Both the position numbers and the translations under genes were made by a program. From Candidatus Marinacidobacterales bacterium (GTDB lineage: Bacteria; Acidobacteriota; Vicinamibacteria; Marinacidobacterales; SMYC01): a stretch of DNA of 64,000 nucleotides. The notes beneath the pieces are model-generated. The model saw only the letters and a list, made by a program, of their open reading frames with translations. It had not been told where the DNA came from and did no database searches. The stretch lies in assembly GCA_965237955.1 (NCBI GenBank), contig OZ250169.1:6048001-6112000 (forward strand), read 5' to 3'. Positions 60,227 to 64,000 of the stretch are shown here, in pieces (the stretch's first letter is position 1; every line of letters begins with the position of its first letter).

Positions 60227-60985
60227 TCATGCATCGGCGTTGTCAAATGCCTTTGGCGCAGCCTTGGTCTTTCTCAGAGAAGCTCCTTTGAGAGTGATGC
60301 GGTGCGCGCTGTGGAGAATGCGATCGCAGATAGCGTCTGCCTGGTTTGGGTCGCCAATCGCTTCGTGCCACTGCTTGAGCGGAATCTGGGTCGCGATGAG
60401 TGTGGAGCCACGCTCGGCGCGGTCTTCGATGACCTCCATTAGATCCCGTCTCTCCGATTCTTTCAGCGGGTGAAGCAGCCAATCATCGATAGCCAGTAAG
60501 TCCAGCTTGGCGAGTTTCGTCAAAAGCCGGGCGTAGGAACCATCACCACGAGCGACCGCGAGCTCGTGGAGCAAGCGCGGTGCTCGCACGTAGCATCCGG
60601 TGAAGCCGCGACGACAGGCCCGCTCCACGAAGGCGCAAGCCAAGAACGATTTGCCAATCCCCGTCGGGCCGGTGATGAGCAGGTTATGGCGCTCACCGAC
60701 AAAGCGGCAGTTGCCCAGGCTCAAGATCTGTTCGCGGTTTAAGCCTCGAGGCGCTTGGAAGTTCACGTTCTCCAAACATGCCGGATAGCGGAGCTTTGCC
60801 GCTCGCAGTCGTCGAGAAAGCTTACGCTGTTCGCGGGCGGTCCACTCGGCATCGACCAGGAGTCCCACACGTTCCTCGAAGCTCAGCTCCTTGTATTCGC
60901 TCGAGCTCAACTGGGTTTCGAACGCGGACACCAAGCCGAACAACTTCATGGCGTTCATCTTTTCTATCGTTTCGGGTGTCAGCAT
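60227..60985 (-). CDS. istB: IS21 helper AAA+ ATPase IstB
   Basis: GPTGIGKS, LLAIDDW, ATQIP, ADAICDR; ATG near the istA stop. Confidence 0.93.
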   Translation of the reverse strand: MLTPETIEKMNAMKLFGLVSAFETQLSSSEYKELSFEERVGLLVDAEWTAREQRKLSRRLRAAKLRYPACLENVNFQAPRGLNREQILSLGNCRFVGERHNLLITGPTGIGKSFLACAFVERACRRGFTGCYVRAPRLLHELAVARGDGSYARLLTKLAKLDLLAIDDWLLHPLKESERRDLMEVIEDRAERGSTLIATQIPLKQWHEAIGDPNQADAICDRILHSAHRITLKGASLRKTKAAPKAFDNADA

Positions 60986-62535
60986 CGGGACTCTCCTCCT
61001 TCGTAGTGATCCGCGCCTCGGATGTTCTCGTGCTCCTCTCGCGGTTTCGCTTCGGCGTCCGATTCGAGCACCACACGATCCAGACCAGCCGAGAGAATGT
61101 TTTTCACCGTGCGATAGCTGTAAGAGCTCAAAGCTTCCGCTCGTGCGCAAGCGGCCTCGAGACGCTCACTGCCCCAGCGGCTGCCTAGTCGCATGACTCC
61201 CAGGCAAGAGCGAAATCCCTGCTCCGGGTGAGGCCGACTCTCTAGAATCCCCGCAACCAGCCTTCCCGTGGCGCGACCTGACTGCTCCGCCCAGTGGAGC
61301 AGCCGCGACGGCGTCCACTCCAGGTGCTCCCGATGCGAACGTGGCATATGCTCCGGGTTCGTGGAGTAGTGCCCCTTTCCTTTCTTGCGGGGATGCGACG
61401 CGACGCGCTTTCCCTTGAACAGGACCTCCACCACCGAGGCCGTCACCCGTGCCTCGACTTTCTCGTGAATGAGCTGATAGGGAACGCTGTACAAGTTGTT
61501 CTCCACCTCCACGTGGTAGTCGATGTTCACTCTGCACCGCTTCCACGTCGATAACTCGTAGCTCTCCTGCGGTAGCGGTTTCAGTACGGGCCGGTCTAGC
61601 CTTTCGTACAACTCCCGCCGACTCACACCGAGCTTCTGCATCGGACGCGCATTCAGGACCTCTAACTTCTCCCAGATGGCTTCGTTCAGTTCCGCCAGGC
61701 TGAAGAACGTGCGATGACGAAGCACCGCCAGGATCCAGCGCTGCGCCACCTGCACTGCCGACTCCACCTTCGCTTTGTCTTTCGGCTTGAACACCCGAGC
61801 CGGGACCACAACCGCACCGTAATGCGTCGCCAGCTCTTCGTACGTCCGGTTGATCCCTGGCTCGTAACGGTCCACCAAATCCACGCCGCTCTTCAAGTTG
61901 TCCGGAACCCAGATCTCCGTACTGCCACCGAAGTAATCCGACATCCCCTTATGGGCCTTCGCCCACGATTCCAGCGACTGGTTCAGTGTCGCTTCGACGT
62001 AGGTGTAACTGCTCGCGCCCAACGTCCCGACGAACAGCTCCATTTCGACGAGCTCTCCTGTTTTCGGATCGACGATGTGAGGCTTCTTCCCCGAAAAATA
62101 GACGAATGTCTTCTCGCCTGCTCGATGCCGTTGACGCATCGTCGGGTTCAGCTTCTTCTTCCACTGACCGTACAGCTCGCAATAACGGCTGTAGCCGTAC
62201 GCTCCCGGCTTATTCTCCGCGTACTCCACCCACAGCTGCAGCAACGTCAGCTCTCGGTGACGCCTCAGCTCCTCGTGGATGTGGGCATAGTCCAGACCCG
62301 GCCGTGCGCCAGACGAGCCCGGCGGCGGAAACAGCCCTGCCTCCAGCTCCCCTTCGCTCAGCTCCTCCGGGAGCGGCCAGCTCAGACCACCCTTCTTCGC
62401 CTTGGCCAGGTACTCACTCACCGTTCCAACCGCCACGCGAAGTGCCTTTGCGATCATGCGGTGAGTAAAACCCAGCTCGTACTTTAACCTTAGAACCTCT
62501 CGTATTTTTCTCATCGATAACCTCTTAGCTGCCAT
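60979..62535 (-). CDS. istA: IS21 transposase IstA (first catalytic Asp apparently mutated)
   Basis: MRKIREVLRL HTH, VPDNLKSGV, KPKDKAKVE, YSVP, HENIRG. Confidence 0.95.
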   Translation of the reverse strand: MAAKRLSMRKIREVLRLKYELGFTHRMIAKALRVAVGTVSEYLAKAKKGGLSWPLPEELSEGELEAGLFPPPGSSGARPGLDYAHIHEELRRHRELTLLQLWVEYAENKPGAYGYSRYCELYGQWKKKLNPTMRQRHRAGEKTFVYFSGKKPHIVDPKTGELVEMELFVGTLGASSYTYVEATLNQSLESWAKAHKGMSDYFGGSTEIWVPDNLKSGVDLVDRYEPGINRTYEELATHYGAVVVPARVFKPKDKAKVESAVQVAQRWILAVLRHRTFFSLAELNEAIWEKLEVLNARPMQKLGVSRRELYERLDRPVLKPLPQESYELSTWKRCRVNIDYHVEVENNLYSVPYQLIHEKVEARVTASVVEVLFKGKRVASHPRKKGKGHYSTNPEHMPRSHREHLEWTPSRLLHWAEQSGRATGRLVAGILESRPHPEQGFRSCLGVMRLGSRWGSERLEAACARAEALSSYSYRTVKNILSAGLDRVVLESDAEAKPREEHENIRGADHYEGGESRC

Positions 62536-62755
62536 TTCCTAGATCGTCCTCCTTCCGGGTACGACCTAGAGTTGCCTTGAAACGTGCTATCGATGAGCGT
62601 TCGCGATGCCGGAACCGGCGTTCACGTTGCCTGGAATCCGTGTTCACCTTCCCCGGAATCGATGTTCACGATCCCCGGAATCCGTGTTCACGATGCTTTG
62701 GAATGGATGTTCACCTTCGGCTGGAATCTGCGTTCACGATGCCCCGGAATACGCA

Positions 62756-64000
62756 GTCTCGCCCTGGCGGCTCAGCCGCAACGTCTTCGCGCGCACACCG
62801 CGACGACCGCGCATCACGTCTTCATAGCGAACACTGTGAAGACCTCTCTTCGTGGTCCTGAGACGCGCCACCACCGTGCGCCGGTCGTGGCTGCGCTTTC
62901 TCGTGTTAACGACGCCCGCGCACGCCGTCCGTCGTGAGCTCCGAAGGCTCGCGCCCGCGGAACGACAAGCGAACCACCAGACGTCGCGCCAGCAAGAGCT
63001 GTCCCGTCGACTGGTCCCAACGTAGCGGTGCGAGTTCCACCAGCGCCTTTTTCGCTTCGCCCTGGAAGCCCACGCTCACGATTCGCGCTGCGTCCGACGG
63101 GCTCAGACCTTCTCCTCGAAACGCCCTCTTCGCTCGACGCCGGGCCGCACGGATCGTGCCACCCGGAGTCGCCACGATCTCCGGGAGTTCTGCATCCGAC
63201 GGGCGCAGACCCGCGAACGCCTCCACCCGGCGCGCCTTCACCGACGCGAGCTTGACCTTGCGCCCCGCGACCGCCTCCACCCACGTGCGTTTCACCGGGA
63301 CGTCGGGACCGATGCTCTCCGTCAGCGTTTCGAGTCCCGGGACCACCAGCCGCACCGTGCCATCCTCGAGAGCATCGGCGTAGAACCCCTCGGTCACAAG
63401 CTCTAGCACCACGTCGTGCCGCGAGCGACGAACGACTCGGAGCGTGTTCTGCTCGGGCTTACCGAAGGTGATGCGGGCTCCCGTGCTGTTCGCATCCTCG
63501 TCCCCACCCGAGACTTGTCCCGACTCCGGCGACGGAGTGGCTCCGGCTTGAGGTGTGGCGGAAACGGGTCCGTGGCGATCGGTCTTCCCGGTGGTCTCGA
63601 TGTCTTCCAGCTCGTAGTAATACGTCACACCGTTCGTGAGTCCCACGTCGCGATAGCTGTAGCTTGCGCCAACCGGTGACGAACCAAGGCCGGGTATCGG
63701 TGTCTCTGTCAGGCGCTCGTACGCTCCATTGCGCGACGTCGCCCGGTACAAATGAAATCCGAGATTGTTCAGCTCCGACGCGGTCTGCCAGCTCAGCTCT
63801 ATGGCCTTGTCCACGCCCTGCGCCTCGAATGCGCTGAGCTCCACGGCCGTTGGAATCGGGAGCGCAAAGTCGAAGGTCTGTGCTGCTGCGGTGATGTCGC
63901 CGCAATACTGAAACAGGAGTATGTCCGTCTTGATTAGGGCCTCGGTCGGCGCAGTTGTGTAACTCGCTCCATTTACCAGATGCGCACGAATGTAATAGAG
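62756..64000 (-). pseudogene. C25 peptidase gene, upstream part (continues beyond the window)
   Basis: Open frame from the window edge through PTAVELS, WQTASELNNLGF, YYYELEDI. A +1 frameshift near 62907, then LRLSRQGET joins VAFHLEP across the IS. Confidence 0.8.

Larger units (their letters stand above)
59813..62755 (-). mobile_element. Complete IS21-family insertion sequence (2943 bp)
   Basis: TGCGTATTCC...CATCGTGAACGC inverted ends, multiple ~22-bp subterminal repeats, istA-istB, and 7-bp target duplication GTCTTGC/GTCTCGC. Confidence 0.95.

Noticed and set aside
60986-61150. 307-aa IstB with N-terminal extension or an IstA-IstB fusion
   Set aside because: The extension overlaps the istA 3' end; a GGAG-preceded ATG at 60985 gives a normal-length IstB.
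62590-62755. About seven ~22-bp repeats (TGTTCAC...GGAAT) resembling a CRISPR or iteron array
   Set aside because: No spacers; they lie inside the IS21 end and are mirrored at 59813..59885, which is the normal IstA-binding repeat structure.

Overview
High-GC bacterial genomic DNA. The gene content suggests an Acidobacteriota-like or similar uncultured lineage (inference only). A housekeeping core (surE, merR-ihf, der, HU, priA, udg, gmk, yicC, msbA-like) and a surface-polysaccharide cluster (galE, ugd, 3 GT4, GT2, WcaJ-like, UDP-xylose synthase) are interleaved with accessory DNA. Main observations: (1) a ~6.4 kb island at tRNA-Pro(CGG), bounded by a 47-bp duplication, that keeps an IHF site and arm-type repeats but has no integrase, and carries a five-gene methyltransferase/osmoprotectant-ABC/AsnB-like/EctR-like operon; (2) an adjacent AT-richer catabolic patch (Rieske oxygenase, NMT1-type ABC transporter) bounded by IS remnants; (3) a selenosugar-synthase (SenB-like) gene with no senA/selD nearby, coupled to the polysaccharide glycosyltransferases through an internally deleted mini-gene; (4) three short CTAG-flanked non-autonomous elements with shared termini, two bracketing a single gene and two adjoining truncated genes; (5) a complete IS21 with a mutated catalytic Asp inserted in a large C25-peptidase gene. 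Many genes are frameshifted or truncated: some are probably sequence errors and some are clearly real decay. No CRISPR array or rRNA is present.
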